Assembly (NCBI GenBank): GCA_964473815.1
Contig: CAYYQK010000001.1
Span: forward strand, 881-64,880
DNA: 64,000 nucleotides
Direction: 5' to 3'
From: an uncultured Candidatus Saccharibacteria bacterium
GTDB lineage: Bacteria > Patescibacteriota > Doudnabacteria > UBA920
The notes below the pieces were generated by a model that made no database searches, was not told the DNA's origin, and saw nothing but the letters and a program-made list of their open reading frames with translations. Below, piece after piece: positions 1 to 9,021 of the stretch. Made by a program: the position numbers and the translations under genes. The stretch's first letter is position 1, and each line of letters begins with the position of its first letter.

Positions 1-1096
1 AATCCGGCGTGGAGAATGGCCTACGCTAGCTCCTTTTGGATATGTTAATAATTCAAAAACTAGGACTATTGAACCACATCCTTTTTTGGCAAAAGTCGTG
101 GTTAAGGCTTTCGAGCAATTTGCTACGGGAAATTATACTTACGAATCTTTAGCTTTGTATTTGCAGGAATTGGGAGTTGAAACAAAAAATCGCACACCTT
201 TGAGCAAACACTCTATTGGAAAGATGTTGATGAATAAAACTTATCTTGGGTTTACTAAGCATAAGGGGGAGTATTTTCAGGGGAATTTCCCAGCTATTAT
301 TTCGCCATTTTTATTTGAATCCGTACAAACAGTTTTAAAAAGAAAAACTAAGAAAAGAAAAAACAAACCACAAAATAACTTTCCTCTTACTGGTTTATTA
401 AATTGCGGTGAGTGCGGTTGTGCAATTACAGCTTGTTGGATAACTGGAAAATCCGGTGGTATCTACCGTTATTATCGTTGCACAAAAAAGAAAGGAAAAT
501 GTTCACAAGGAACATTGCAAGAAAAGTATTTAGTGGAACAGATCAAAGATAAATTATCTACAATTCTTATCCCAGATTACTGGACGGATAAAATGTTCGA
601 ACAAGTTGAAGTCTGGGAAAAAGAAGATGTTGAATCTACAAAGGTATATAAAACAAATTTGAAAACAAGAATGGAGGAGAATGAAAATACTCTAAATAAA
701 TTAGTTAGTGCATATCTTGATGGTGATATCCCCAAAGAAAATTATCTTCTCAAAAAAGAAGAATTATTAACTCGGAAACAGATTTTGAGTCAAAATCTTA
801 AAGATTCCCGAGGAGGAGGACAAAGTTGGATTAAACCCCTCAAGGAGTGGATTTCAGTAACAAAAAATGCCACTTTCGTGGCATCTTCTGGAAATTTAAG
901 TGAACTTAGAGAAATTGTTTTTCAAGTTGGATTAAACCCCCAACTTGTGGATAAGACTGTACAATTTCGTTTCCGCCCGCCCTGGAGTTCAATCCTAGAA
1001 ACATTGGGTGAAACTGCAATTCTCAATATTCAAAATGATAAAAAAGAATCTTCTGAAATTAAAAAAATTAAAGAAAGTTCCTTCTGGTGGAGATGA
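1..1096 (+). CDS. large serine recombinase, 5'-truncated by window edge (recombinase domain + Cys-rich zinc-ribbon C-terminus)
   Basis: Frame 2 is open from nt 2 upstream of the listed TTG at 86 (..IRRGEWPTLAPFGYVNNSKTRTIEPHPF..). CGECGC..YRYYRC zinc-ribbon motif. K/E-rich coiled-coil tail typical of large serine recombinases. Confidence 0.65.
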   Translation, partial: IRRGEWPTLAPFGYVNNSKTRTIEPHPFLAKVVVKAFEQFATGNYTYESLALYLQELGVETKNRTPLSKHSIGKMLMNKTYLGFTKHKGEYFQGNFPAIISPFLFESVQTVLKRKTKKRKNKPQNNFPLTGLLNCGECGCAITACWITGKSGGIYRYYRCTKKKGKCSQGTLQEKYLVEQIKDKLSTILIPDYWTDKMFEQVEVWEKEDVESTKVYKTNLKTRMEENENTLNKLVSAYLDGDIPKENYLLKKEELLTRKQILSQNLKDSRGGGQSWIKPLKEWISVTKNATFVASSGNLSELREIVFQVGLNPQLVDKTVQFRFRPPWSSILETLGETAILNIQNDKKESSEIKKIKESSFWWR

Positions 1097-1584
1097 TGGG
1101 AGTTAAACCCATGTCCAAAACCTTTCAATCACCACATTGTTCACAAGATTAGTCCGTTAAATTACCAACACGCTAACCAACGGACAACGAAGCGTATTGG
1201 GTGATATATTAAATTTCGGTTGCGCGATATATATCAGACCGTACAACTATATCTTCAAAATAAACCAGCAAATCTGATGTCGAAGCAACATCAGCACTGG
1301 GCATTTACGCTATATTAGGCAAATGCAGGCGCGAAGCTAGCATTAGAAAATGCAGCTACGACCTTGTTCCATGCGTTTTCACGTATGTTTGCCTTCAGGA
1401 TTTACGAGCTTGTAGGCTGGCTCGTCTTGCATATATCGTGATGTTAAAGTCCTGTCAAAATCCGGCATCCCCATAGAATGCTCATTTGAGCACTCATAGT
1501 TTGCCACAAAAATGACTGTTTGTCAAGGTATTTGCTTCTATCGTCCGTCTTTCTTATACTTAACAAAAAAGGAGCGACTGATAT

Positions 1585-1986
1585 ATGCAAAAGCCGTACT
1601 GGATCATACTTGCTTACGCCGCCGCCGCTATCGGGATCCTATGGATTACCAAACGAATTCCCAATAACAAGACTCCAAACCTGAACTCTAAAATAGTTCT
1701 TCATCTCGTTGCGATTTTGTTGATCGGAACTGTTTGGTATAACCTTCGCGGACTCGACATCTCATTGTATGGTTTTGACCATTCCGCAGCTTTGTTGCTG
1801 GTCACCATTTTTTCTTATGGACTGCTGTTGCCACTCGTCTCCATTGTAAAAGTGCGTTGGGATGGACGATGGGCGAATGTCATTCATGACTCACCAACAG
1901 ATGCTGACGATTCCGATAGAGATGAAACCGAAAGCACTGACACGGACCCCACTTTGCGCAAGTTACGGAAATTACTTAGGGATTAG
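1585..1986 (+). CDS. hypothetical membrane protein with acidic C-terminal tail
   Basis: AAGGAG RBS 8 nt upstream. Three hydrophobic helices followed by a D/E/T-rich tail. Rho-independent terminator follows. Confidence 0.5.
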   Translation: MQKPYWIILAYAAAAIGILWITKRIPNNKTPNLNSKIVLHLVAILLIGTVWYNLRGLDISLYGFDHSAALLLVTIFSYGLLLPLVSIVKVRWDGRWANVIHDSPTDADDSDRDETESTDTDPTLRKLRKLLRD

Positions 1987-2001
1987 ACCTCTGGTTTGTT
2001 T

Positions 2002-2039
2002 AAAAAAGCCGCTCGATGTTTGAGCGGCTTAGTTTTTTA
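2002..2039. terminator. bidirectional rho-independent terminator
   Basis: Hairpin aagccgctcg-atgttt-gagcggctt, flanked by an A-run upstream and a T-run downstream. Lies between convergent genes. Confidence 0.6.
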
Positions 2040-2040
2040 T

Positions 2041-2490
2041 CTAGCGACGTTTTGACGCAGTTTTCTTCGGAGCAGATTTTTTTGCGCCTACTTTAGGCTT
2101 CGCCGCTTTTGCAACTTTAGTAACTTTTTTTGCAGCTTTTGGTACAACTTTTTTAACTACTGCAGAGGTAGCAGCAAGTTCTTTAGAAATTACATCCCAG
2201 TGGCCTTTTAGTTCAGCAGCTACTGCTGCTAGTTCTGGTGCGCTGACATTTTTCAAACCTTTGTAATTTTTTGCTGCTGCATCCACCACTTTGTTATAAG
2301 AATCTTTGGTAGCTTTAGTAGTTTTTTCTAATCCTGCTAAAACATCATTCTGCATATCGCCAACCCATTTGGCCACTTTTTTGCGGTTCTTAGAATTTTT
2401 ACCAGTTAACATGTAAACTCCGGCTGCAGCCGCTGCTAAGGCAGCAACACCAGCACCAACTGCTATCGCTTGCTTTTGTGATTTTTTCAT
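2041..2490 (-). CDS. Lys/Ala-rich histone-H1-like protein with N-terminal membrane anchor
   Basis: N-terminal hydrophobic A/G/V segment. C-terminus is KKV/AKK/PKK repeats (low complexity, H1/AlgP-like). Confidence 0.5.
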   Translation of the reverse strand: MKKSQKQAIAVGAGVAALAAAAAGVYMLTGKNSKNRKKVAKWVGDMQNDVLAGLEKTTKATKDSYNKVVDAAAKNYKGLKNVSAPELAAVAAELKGHWDVISKELAATSAVVKKVVPKAAKKVTKVAKAAKPKVGAKKSAPKKTASKRR

Positions 2491-2504
2491 TGCTTTAAAA
2501 TTAA

Positions 2505-2783
2505 TTATTTTTTAGTTTTAGGTGAGATTTTGCGGCGGCGTAAACTGCTAATAAATGTTAGCACTGCCCCGAGGTTAAAGCCTCTCTTGCGAATATTTTC
2601 TCGTAAGTTCGCAAAATCTTCAGTAACAAATTCTGTGGCGCGCTGCGCAGTGCGAGCTACTTCTTTAACTGTTCGCACAAAAATAATCACATACACCAAA
2701 GCGACAGCCAGGAGCACAGAAATAATTATCACTGCAATGCCAGTGATAATAAAGAAAACATCAACTAAAGAAGAATCGTGCAT
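2505..2783 (-). CDS. small membrane protein, hypothetical
   Basis: One long TM helix followed by a basic tail. No homology recognised. Confidence 0.4.
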   Translation of the reverse strand: MHDSSLVDVFFIITGIAVIIISVLLAVALVYVIIFVRTVKEVARTAQRATEFVTEDFANLRENIRKRGFNLGAVLTFISSLRRRKISPKTKK

Positions 2784-2850
2784 AAATGTAGTATATTTTT
2801 AGTATATCACACCGTTTCTGAAATTATTGTGTTGATATGCTGTGTAAATG

Positions 2851-3414
2851 TCACCGTGCATATTTGCTGATAATTTCTTTCAGAGTCTGCTCATACTGGG
2901 TGCGAATGGTGTCGTCGCGTCCAGCTTCAATAATTTCATCATTGTTGTCGGTAGCAGCTGCCGTCCAGTTGTAAGAACCCGAAACATAACCTTTGTCCGT
3001 GACCACGGCCTTTAGGTGCATAATGTAGTTGTGATCGTTCATTGCCACGGGAATGCCGGCACTACGGAGTTCATTTACTAAACTGCGTTGCGTTTCAATT
3101 TCCGCAGATTGCTTTTTGTCGACAATTCCTTCTACAGTTAAGCCGCGGTGCTTGGCTGCTAGAAGCGCATCTTTAATATCATCACGAGTAAAAGTGTAAA
3201 CGGCAAAATAAACAAACTTTTCCGCATCCTGTATGGTGTTGATGACCTGGTCGTTCGCACGGGTGTCGTGGTTATAATAAACTTTAACCTGTCGCTCGCT
3301 TGCCGGCTTGTAATGATAGGTATAGTAAAACTGACCGCTTATTGCGATGAGTAAAATAATGATAACTAAATAAACCTCATCTCGCTTGAATCTCATGTCT
3401 TTATTGTACAACAA
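2851..3414 (-). CDS. phospholipase D / Nuc-like HKD-motif nuclease family protein (single HKD domain, N-terminal TM)
   Basis: HLKAVVTDKGYVSGSYNWT matches HxK(x4)D..GS.N of the PLD superfamily. N-terminal signal anchor. Confidence 0.65.
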   Translation of the reverse strand: MLYNKDMRFKRDEVYLVIIILLIAISGQFYYTYHYKPASERQVKVYYNHDTRANDQVINTIQDAEKFVYFAVYTFTRDDIKDALLAAKHRGLTVEGIVDKKQSAEIETQRSLVNELRSAGIPVAMNDHNYIMHLKAVVTDKGYVSGSYNWTAAATDNNDEIIEAGRDDTIRTQYEQTLKEIISKYAR

Positions 3415-3461
3415 GATTCATCGGATGCGGTTAATTTTTTTGATAAAGTTTTCCTGAATTT

Positions 3462-3899
3462 TTAACGATCAGTAACCCCGCGAGTCTCGCGTTTATCGTC
3501 ACGCTGTTTGATATATTCGCGCTTGTCAGCTTTTTTACGACCAAAGCCAATACCAATTTTTATTTTTATCAAACCGCGGTTGGCAACGTACATTTCCATC
3601 GGCACAATAATAGAACCTTTTTCTTTTCCAACCAGGGCGTTAAGTTCCGATTGCTTCAAAAGTAATTTACGAGTTTGGGTGGGCTCGTAATTATCTTGTT
3701 TAGCATATTTGTATGGACCGATGTGCGCACCAATTAAAGTTGCACTTTTGCCAGACACTTTTACATAACTTCCTGCAAGTGACACATTACCTTCTTTCGC
3801 AGCCTTCACTTCGGGGCCTGACAATATCAAACCAGCATCAATTGTGTCCCTGATGTCATAATCGAATTTAGCTCGTTTGTTAATTGCTAGCGCTTTCAT
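3462..3899 (-). CDS. smpB: SsrA-binding protein SmpB
   Basis: Conserved SmpB motifs (KRAKFDY, GLILSGPEVKA, basic C-terminal tail). Typical ~145 aa size. Confidence 0.9.
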   Translation of the reverse strand: MKALAINKRAKFDYDIRDTIDAGLILSGPEVKAAKEGNVSLAGSYVKVSGKSATLIGAHIGPYKYAKQDNYEPTQTRKLLLKQSELNALVGKEKGSIIVPMEMYVANRGLIKIKIGIGFGRKKADKREYIKQRDDKRETRGVTDR

Positions 3900-4017
3900 G
3901 ACTATATTTTAGCAAGATAAGATAAAGCCGCCCAGAGGGCGGCGTTGAGGGTCCTGGAGACCTTAAGACAGGCTTGTCATGCATATCGTACCATGCACAC
4001 GAACCCTTTTGCAAGGG

Positions 4018-4091
4018 TGGTGGACCGGACGGGAATCGAAGCCGTGAAGACTGGGTGACAAGCCTGTCTCGCCCTACCAGGGACCCGGCCC
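4018..4091 (-). ncRNA. tRNA-like structured element A (degenerate): 7-bp acceptor stem, TTCGATT T-loop, encoded A-CCA 3' end, no canonical anticodon arm. Followed by a hairpin + U-run terminator at 3927-3943.
   Basis: Seen on the minus strand: GGGCCGG..(T-loop TTCGATT)..CCGGTCC-A-CCA. The closing pair of the T-stem is C.C. The anticodon region is replaced by an extended bulged hairpin (GACAGG/CTTGTC). Shares an upstream motif with element B at 12473-12548. Confidence 0.3.
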
Positions 4092-4193
4092 ACGTAAAAT
4101 TATCATTACATAACCCTAATAAAGTCCTGATAAAGAAAAACCAAAATAAATATAAAATCTTAAGGTTTTCTTTATCTTTTCCGAGATTTTGCT

Positions 4194-4199
4194 ATAATT
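4194..4199 (+). promoter_or_regulatory. -10 box (TATAAT) 6 nt upstream of argS ATG; leaderless mRNA predicted
   Basis: gcTATAATtaagccaATG with no SD. The same arrangement recurs at several genes in this window. Confidence 0.4.
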
Positions 4200-4205
4200 A
4201 AGCCA

Positions 4206-5957
4206 ATGAAAGCATATATTTCCGAACTGGTTGCACAGGCAATACGCAATATAAGTCCTGATGAAGCCGAAGCCGTGTTAGGCTCCGGTGTTTTTGATGT
4301 GTCTTATCCAAAGCCTGGCTTTGGTGATTACGCCACAAATGCGGCCATGGTTTTGTTCAAAAAATTCAATGTTGCTCCCGCCAAAAACCCAATGGAGTTT
4401 GCTTCTACTCTGGCCGAAGAAATTACCAAACTGGATCACAAAAATTCTTTTGCCAAAGTCGAAGCTGTGGGCGGATTCATCAATTTTAATTTGTCTGCAA
4501 AAGAGTTACTTTCGAATCTAGAACAAATCTTAAATCTGCAAGATAAATACGGCCGTAGCGATGCCGGCGCAGGCCGCACAATGATTGTAGAATATTTCCA
4601 AAATAATATTGCTAAACCACCGCATGTTGGACACTTGCGCAGCGCAGTTATCGGCGATGCTTTAGTAAGAATTTTAAATTTTGCTGGCTACAAAACTATT
4701 TCGGATACACACATTGGTGATTGGGGAGTGCAGTTTGGAATTTTGCTTTACGCCTACAAAGAATTTATTAAAAATGGTGGCGACAAGAACCAATTAGAGA
4801 AGGATCCTATAGTTGAACTGAATAAATTGTATGTAGACATGTCCGCGCAAATCGATGCTAAGCCAGAACTGCGTGATCTTGGTAAGGAAGAATTCAAAAA
4901 ACTCGAAACTGGTGATGCAGAAAATCGTGAACTGTGGGAATGGTTTGTAAAAGTTTCATTAGAGGATTTTGAAAAGTATCGTCAGATTTTGGGCATGCTA
5001 AACTTTGACCACAATTTAGGCGAAAGTTTTTACGAAGACAAAATGCCAGCAGTGTTGAGCATGTTCGAAGATAAAGGCTTGGTTAAGACTGGAGAAACTG
5101 GTGAAAAATATGTTGACCTAGAAGACTTTGGTTTAGGTCGCTGTATATTAGTTAAGAGTGATGGCGCCACAACTTATCATTTACGAGACTTTGCTACATA
5201 TATTTATCGTAATCAGGAATTCGACTTTTACCGCAACCTATATATAGTAGACGTGCGTCAGTCGCATCACTTTAGACAATTGTTTAAAGTTTTGGCAATG
5301 GCTGGTTTTTCAGCAGAAACTGATAGCGTTCATGTTGACTTAGGCTTTATGAGTCTGCCAGAAGGTGCGATCTCTACACGCAAAGGCAATACCATTTCAC
5401 TGGAAAACTTAATTGATGAAGCAGAAAAACGTGCCCTTGCTATTATCAATGAGAAGAATCCCGAGCTCACTAACAAAGAAGAAGTTGCCAAGCAGGTTGC
5501 GCGCGCTGCGATTAAATATTTTGACTTGTCTCACAATCGCGAAACAGAAATTGTTTTTACTTGGGAGAATGCTTTGAGTTTTGAAGGGAATACTGGCCCA
5601 TATTTACAGTACACTCATGCGCGCATCAACGGTATTGCAAAAAAGTTTGATGGTGAAATTAATACGAGTGTAAACTCGGAATCTAATTTAAATGTGGATG
5701 AACAAAATGTGCTGCGCAAACTCCAATTCTTTGCAGAAATAGTGGAAGTAATATCAGAAAACTATTTTCCGAATTTGCTCTGCAACTATTTATTTGAACT
5801 TGCTCAGATTTATAATTCGTTTTACGAAAATAATTCTGTCATAGCCGCTGAAACAGAAGATTCAAAAACTTTACGTATGCAAATTTCTAAAGCTACTGCC
5901 CAAGTTTTGAAAAATGGCCTCGCTCTATTGGGTATCGACGCGCCAGAGGAAATGTAG
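4206..5957 (+). CDS. argS: arginyl-tRNA synthetase
   Basis: Class I HIGH-type motif PHVGHLRS. Length and conserved ArgRS regions including the C-terminal anticodon-binding domain. Confidence 0.9.
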   Translation: MKAYISELVAQAIRNISPDEAEAVLGSGVFDVSYPKPGFGDYATNAAMVLFKKFNVAPAKNPMEFASTLAEEITKLDHKNSFAKVEAVGGFINFNLSAKELLSNLEQILNLQDKYGRSDAGAGRTMIVEYFQNNIAKPPHVGHLRSAVIGDALVRILNFAGYKTISDTHIGDWGVQFGILLYAYKEFIKNGGDKNQLEKDPIVELNKLYVDMSAQIDAKPELRDLGKEEFKKLETGDAENRELWEWFVKVSLEDFEKYRQILGMLNFDHNLGESFYEDKMPAVLSMFEDKGLVKTGETGEKYVDLEDFGLGRCILVKSDGATTYHLRDFATYIYRNQEFDFYRNLYIVDVRQSHHFRQLFKVLAMAGFSAETDSVHVDLGFMSLPEGAISTRKGNTISLENLIDEAEKRALAIINEKNPELTNKEEVAKQVARAAIKYFDLSHNRETEIVFTWENALSFEGNTGPYLQYTHARINGIAKKFDGEINTSVNSESNLNVDEQNVLRKLQFFAEIVEVISENYFPNLLCNYLFELAQIYNSFYENNSVIAAETEDSKTLRMQISKATAQVLKNGLALLGIDAPEEM

Positions 5958-5997
5958 TACTATTAGTTAACTATCACACTTAAAATTTATTATTAAT

Positions 5998-8900
5998 ATG
6001 TCTGATATACATATGCAAGACAATCAAACACCGGCTGCTGATGCAGCAAAACCACAAAACACTGGCCCAAATTTCAATGAAATGGAATTGGGTGTTTTGG
6101 AATTTTGGAAGCAAAACCAAATTTTCGAAAAGTCCTTAGAGCAAACAAAAGACAAAGAGCCATTCGTGTTTTATGATGGCCCGCCGTTTGCAACCGGTAC
6201 GCCGCATTATGGCCACATCCTTGGCTCGACACTGAAAGATTTAGTGGGCCGTTATCAAACCATGCGTGGTCGTTATGTGCGCAGGGTTTGGGGATGGGAC
6301 TGTCATGGTTTGCCAATTGAAAATATTATAGAGGCCAAGCTGGGCATCTCCGGAAAGAAACAAATTGAAGAAGTTGGTGTTGCTAAGTTTAACGAAACTT
6401 GTCGCGAAAATGTACTCACTTACGTGAACGAATGGGGTAAGATGGTCGAGCGGATGGGACGCTGGGTAGATTTTGAAAATTCTTACAAAACAATGGACAC
6501 CACTTATCAGGAGAGTGTTTGGTGGGGTGTAAAACAAATTTGGGATAAAGGATTGATTTATCCAGACAACAAAGTTTTGATGTATTGCAGTCGCTGCGAA
6601 ACTCCAGTTTCGAATTTCGAGGTGGCGATGGACAATAGCTACAAAGACGTTACTGAAAATTCGGTATTTGTTAAATTTAAATTGCAGCCTCGCCAGAGAA
6701 TTGTAGATTTTCTAACTGATGAAAATACTTACGCGCTTGCCTGGACAACAACGCCTTGGACCTTACCTGGCAACACGGCTTTGAATATTGGCCCGGATAT
6801 CACTTATGTTTTGGTTGAGCAAGGTGGAAATCACTTTGTGTTGGCAAAAGATCGCATGGAGATTTTGGATCCAGAACAGGGTGAAGTAGAAGTGAAAATG
6901 GAAATTGCCGCACGTTCGCTCGAAGGGTTAAGCTATGAACCATTATACGAAGGGGTTATCGACAATCCGAACAACACTGCTTGGAAAATTTACATTGAAG
7001 ATTATGTAACCGTAGAAGACGGTACAGGCATCGTACACAACGCGGCGATGTACGGAGAAGTCGACTACGAAGCAGCCAAGCAACGAAATTTGCCACGGCA
7101 GCAAATGCTCAACATGCAAGGTGAGTTTATGGATAAAGTTCCAGTAAGCCTGCAAGGAAAGTTTTTCAAGGAAGCTGATCCAATTGTATTGCAGGAACTA
7201 AAAGAAAAAGGAAATGTATACAAAGTGCAGGCATTCACCCACAGTTATCCGCACTGTTGGCGCTGTGGCACCCCGCTATATTATTCTGCGCTGCCTGCGT
7301 GGTTCATCAATATTCAGAAGATAAAACCACAGCTCTTAGAAAACAATGAAAGCATTAATTGGTTCCCTGACCACTTAAAGCACGGCCGGTTCCAAAAGGG
7401 GATTGAAAGCGCGCCAGATTGGAATATTTCTCGCAATCGATACTGGGCAACGGCGTTGCCGTTTTGGAAGTGCTCATCAGGGGATTGTGGAAACGTGGTT
7501 TGTATCGAATCAATCGCAGATCTTAAAGAGAAATCTACAAATTTTGATGAAGTTTACCCTAACTTCGATCCATCTAATTTGAATGCGCTCGATTTGCATC
7601 GTCCTTATGTTGATCAGATTAAATTGAAGTGCGAAAAATGTGCAAACGAAATGTCGCGCGTGCCAGAAGTGATCGATTGTTGGGTGGAATCTGCAAGCAT
7701 GCCTTTTGCGGAATTACACGCGCCATTTGAAAACGAAGAATTATTTAAACAGCGCTACCCAGCTGATTTTGTAGCCGAGTATATTCCACAAACTCGCGCC
7801 TGGTTTTATGTCAGTCACATTGTCGGCTCTATTATAGAGGGTAAGGCACCGTTTAAGAATGTGGCCACAACCGGCACGATTTTGGCAGAAGATGGCAGCA
7901 AAATGTCTAAATCGAAAAATAATTTCCCTGATCCATACAAAGTTATTGAAAGTTTTGGCGTGGACGCAGTTCGTTACTATTTAATGTCTAGTCCTGTCAT
8001 AGGTGGAGAAGATTTAAATTTCTCTGAAAAAGGCGTGGGCGAAGTTAGCCGCAAGCTGTCGATAATTTTATGGAATGTACATAGCTTTTATAGAATGTAC
8101 AAAAAAGATTTGTTGAGCGATGAAGCCGCAAATGGCACTGCACCAACAGTTACTCATGTACTAGATCGATGGGTATTGTCCCGTTTAGCTGCAACACACG
8201 CCCAGGTGACAAAAGCACTCGACACTTACAATACCCCAGCAGCTGCCCGCGCAATCCAGGATTTCGTTACTGAACTTTCAACTTGGTATGTGCGCCGCAA
8301 TCGTGACCGTATTAAAGCCGGTGACGATAGCGCTCAAGAAGCATTAAATGTTTTAGGTTTTGCAATTTCCGAAACTACAAAAATGCTTGCACCATTTATG
8401 CCCTTCTTAGCAGAGCATTTTTACAAAGATTTAACCGGGAAAATTTCAGTGCACTTAGCAAGTTGGACCCCTGTTCGCAATAATGACGCAGAACTGGAAA
8501 CTGCAATGACTCAGCTGCAAACTATTGTAGAAGTCGCGCTACGCCTTCGCAAAGACAATAATCTAAAAGTGCGGCAACCATTGGCAGAACTACAATATAC
8601 TGCAGAAAATTTTGACCCAGGAATGGAACAAATTTTATCTGAAGAGCTAAACGTAAAAAAAGTCACTCATGTTAGCGAATTACTCGCGCGCTCTGGCTGG
8701 GTCAATGTAGAAAACAGTTTGGCATTAGATATAACTTTAACGCCTGAACTGCAAAAGGAAGGCCAAGCCCGCGAACTCGAGCGTCAGGTACAAGACCTGC
8801 GCAAAAAGAGCGGACTAAAAATAGGCGAATTAGTTGACCTCTATTACACAACTCAGGATGAACAACTGGCAGACATCGCCACTAACCTTTTGGACCGTAA

Positions 8901-9009
8901 AAAAACCTTTATAAATCAGGTTAAAACTAGCTTGGAAGTTGAAGCTGACTTTGAAACTCAAGCCACAATCGACGGGAAACCGATCTGGCTCGGATTGCTT
9001 AAAATTTGA
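5998..9009 (+). CDS. ileS: isoleucyl-tRNA synthetase
   Basis: HYGH motif, GWDCHGLPIE, KMSKS, CP1 editing region. 1003 aa. Confidence 0.88.
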   Translation: MSDIHMQDNQTPAADAAKPQNTGPNFNEMELGVLEFWKQNQIFEKSLEQTKDKEPFVFYDGPPFATGTPHYGHILGSTLKDLVGRYQTMRGRYVRRVWGWDCHGLPIENIIEAKLGISGKKQIEEVGVAKFNETCRENVLTYVNEWGKMVERMGRWVDFENSYKTMDTTYQESVWWGVKQIWDKGLIYPDNKVLMYCSRCETPVSNFEVAMDNSYKDVTENSVFVKFKLQPRQRIVDFLTDENTYALAWTTTPWTLPGNTALNIGPDITYVLVEQGGNHFVLAKDRMEILDPEQGEVEVKMEIAARSLEGLSYEPLYEGVIDNPNNTAWKIYIEDYVTVEDGTGIVHNAAMYGEVDYEAAKQRNLPRQQMLNMQGEFMDKVPVSLQGKFFKEADPIVLQELKEKGNVYKVQAFTHSYPHCWRCGTPLYYSALPAWFINIQKIKPQLLENNESINWFPDHLKHGRFQKGIESAPDWNISRNRYWATALPFWKCSSGDCGNVVCIESIADLKEKSTNFDEVYPNFDPSNLNALDLHRPYVDQIKLKCEKCANEMSRVPEVIDCWVESASMPFAELHAPFENEELFKQRYPADFVAEYIPQTRAWFYVSHIVGSIIEGKAPFKNVATTGTILAEDGSKMSKSKNNFPDPYKVIESFGVDAVRYYLMSSPVIGGEDLNFSEKGVGEVSRKLSIILWNVHSFYRMYKKDLLSDEAANGTAPTVTHVLDRWVLSRLAATHAQVTKALDTYNTPAAARAIQDFVTELSTWYVRRNRDRIKAGDDSAQEALNVLGFAISETTKMLAPFMPFLAEHFYKDLTGKISVHLASWTPVRNNDAELETAMTQLQTIVEVALRLRKDNNLKVRQPLAELQYTAENFDPGMEQILSEELNVKKVTHVSELLARSGWVNVENSLALDITLTPELQKEGQARELERQVQDLRKKSGLKIGELVDLYYTTQDEQLADIATNLLDRKKTFINQVKTSLEVEADFETQATIDGKPIWLGLLKI

Positions 9010-9021
9010 TATAATTAGCTT

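Noticed and set aside
4010-4030. T-box riboswitch for argS (AGGGTGGTGGACCGG resembles the T-box AGGGTGGNACCGCG)
   Set aside because: A TATAAT box sits 6 nt before the argS ATG, so the argS transcript starts downstream of this region. There is no terminator/antiterminator pair abutting the start codon. The same GTGGTGGAC segment is simply the rc of the tRNA-like 3' end (GTCCACCAC).
3974-4201. 75-aa ORF in the smpB-argS spacer
   Set aside because: It lies entirely within the GC-rich structured RNA region and its promoter. No RBS, no conservation signal. Spurious.
3900-4205. tmRNA (ssrA) expected next to smpB
   Set aside because: The structured core is only ~145 nt. Neither strand leaves room for a 300+ nt tmRNA without overlapping argS. 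No tag-peptide reading frame ending in AA-stop was found. It is reported instead as a tRNA-like element of unknown identity.
6074-7155. Minus-strand ORFs inside ileS (80, 98, 70 aa)
   Set aside because: They lie wholly inside and antisense to a strongly supported aaRS gene.
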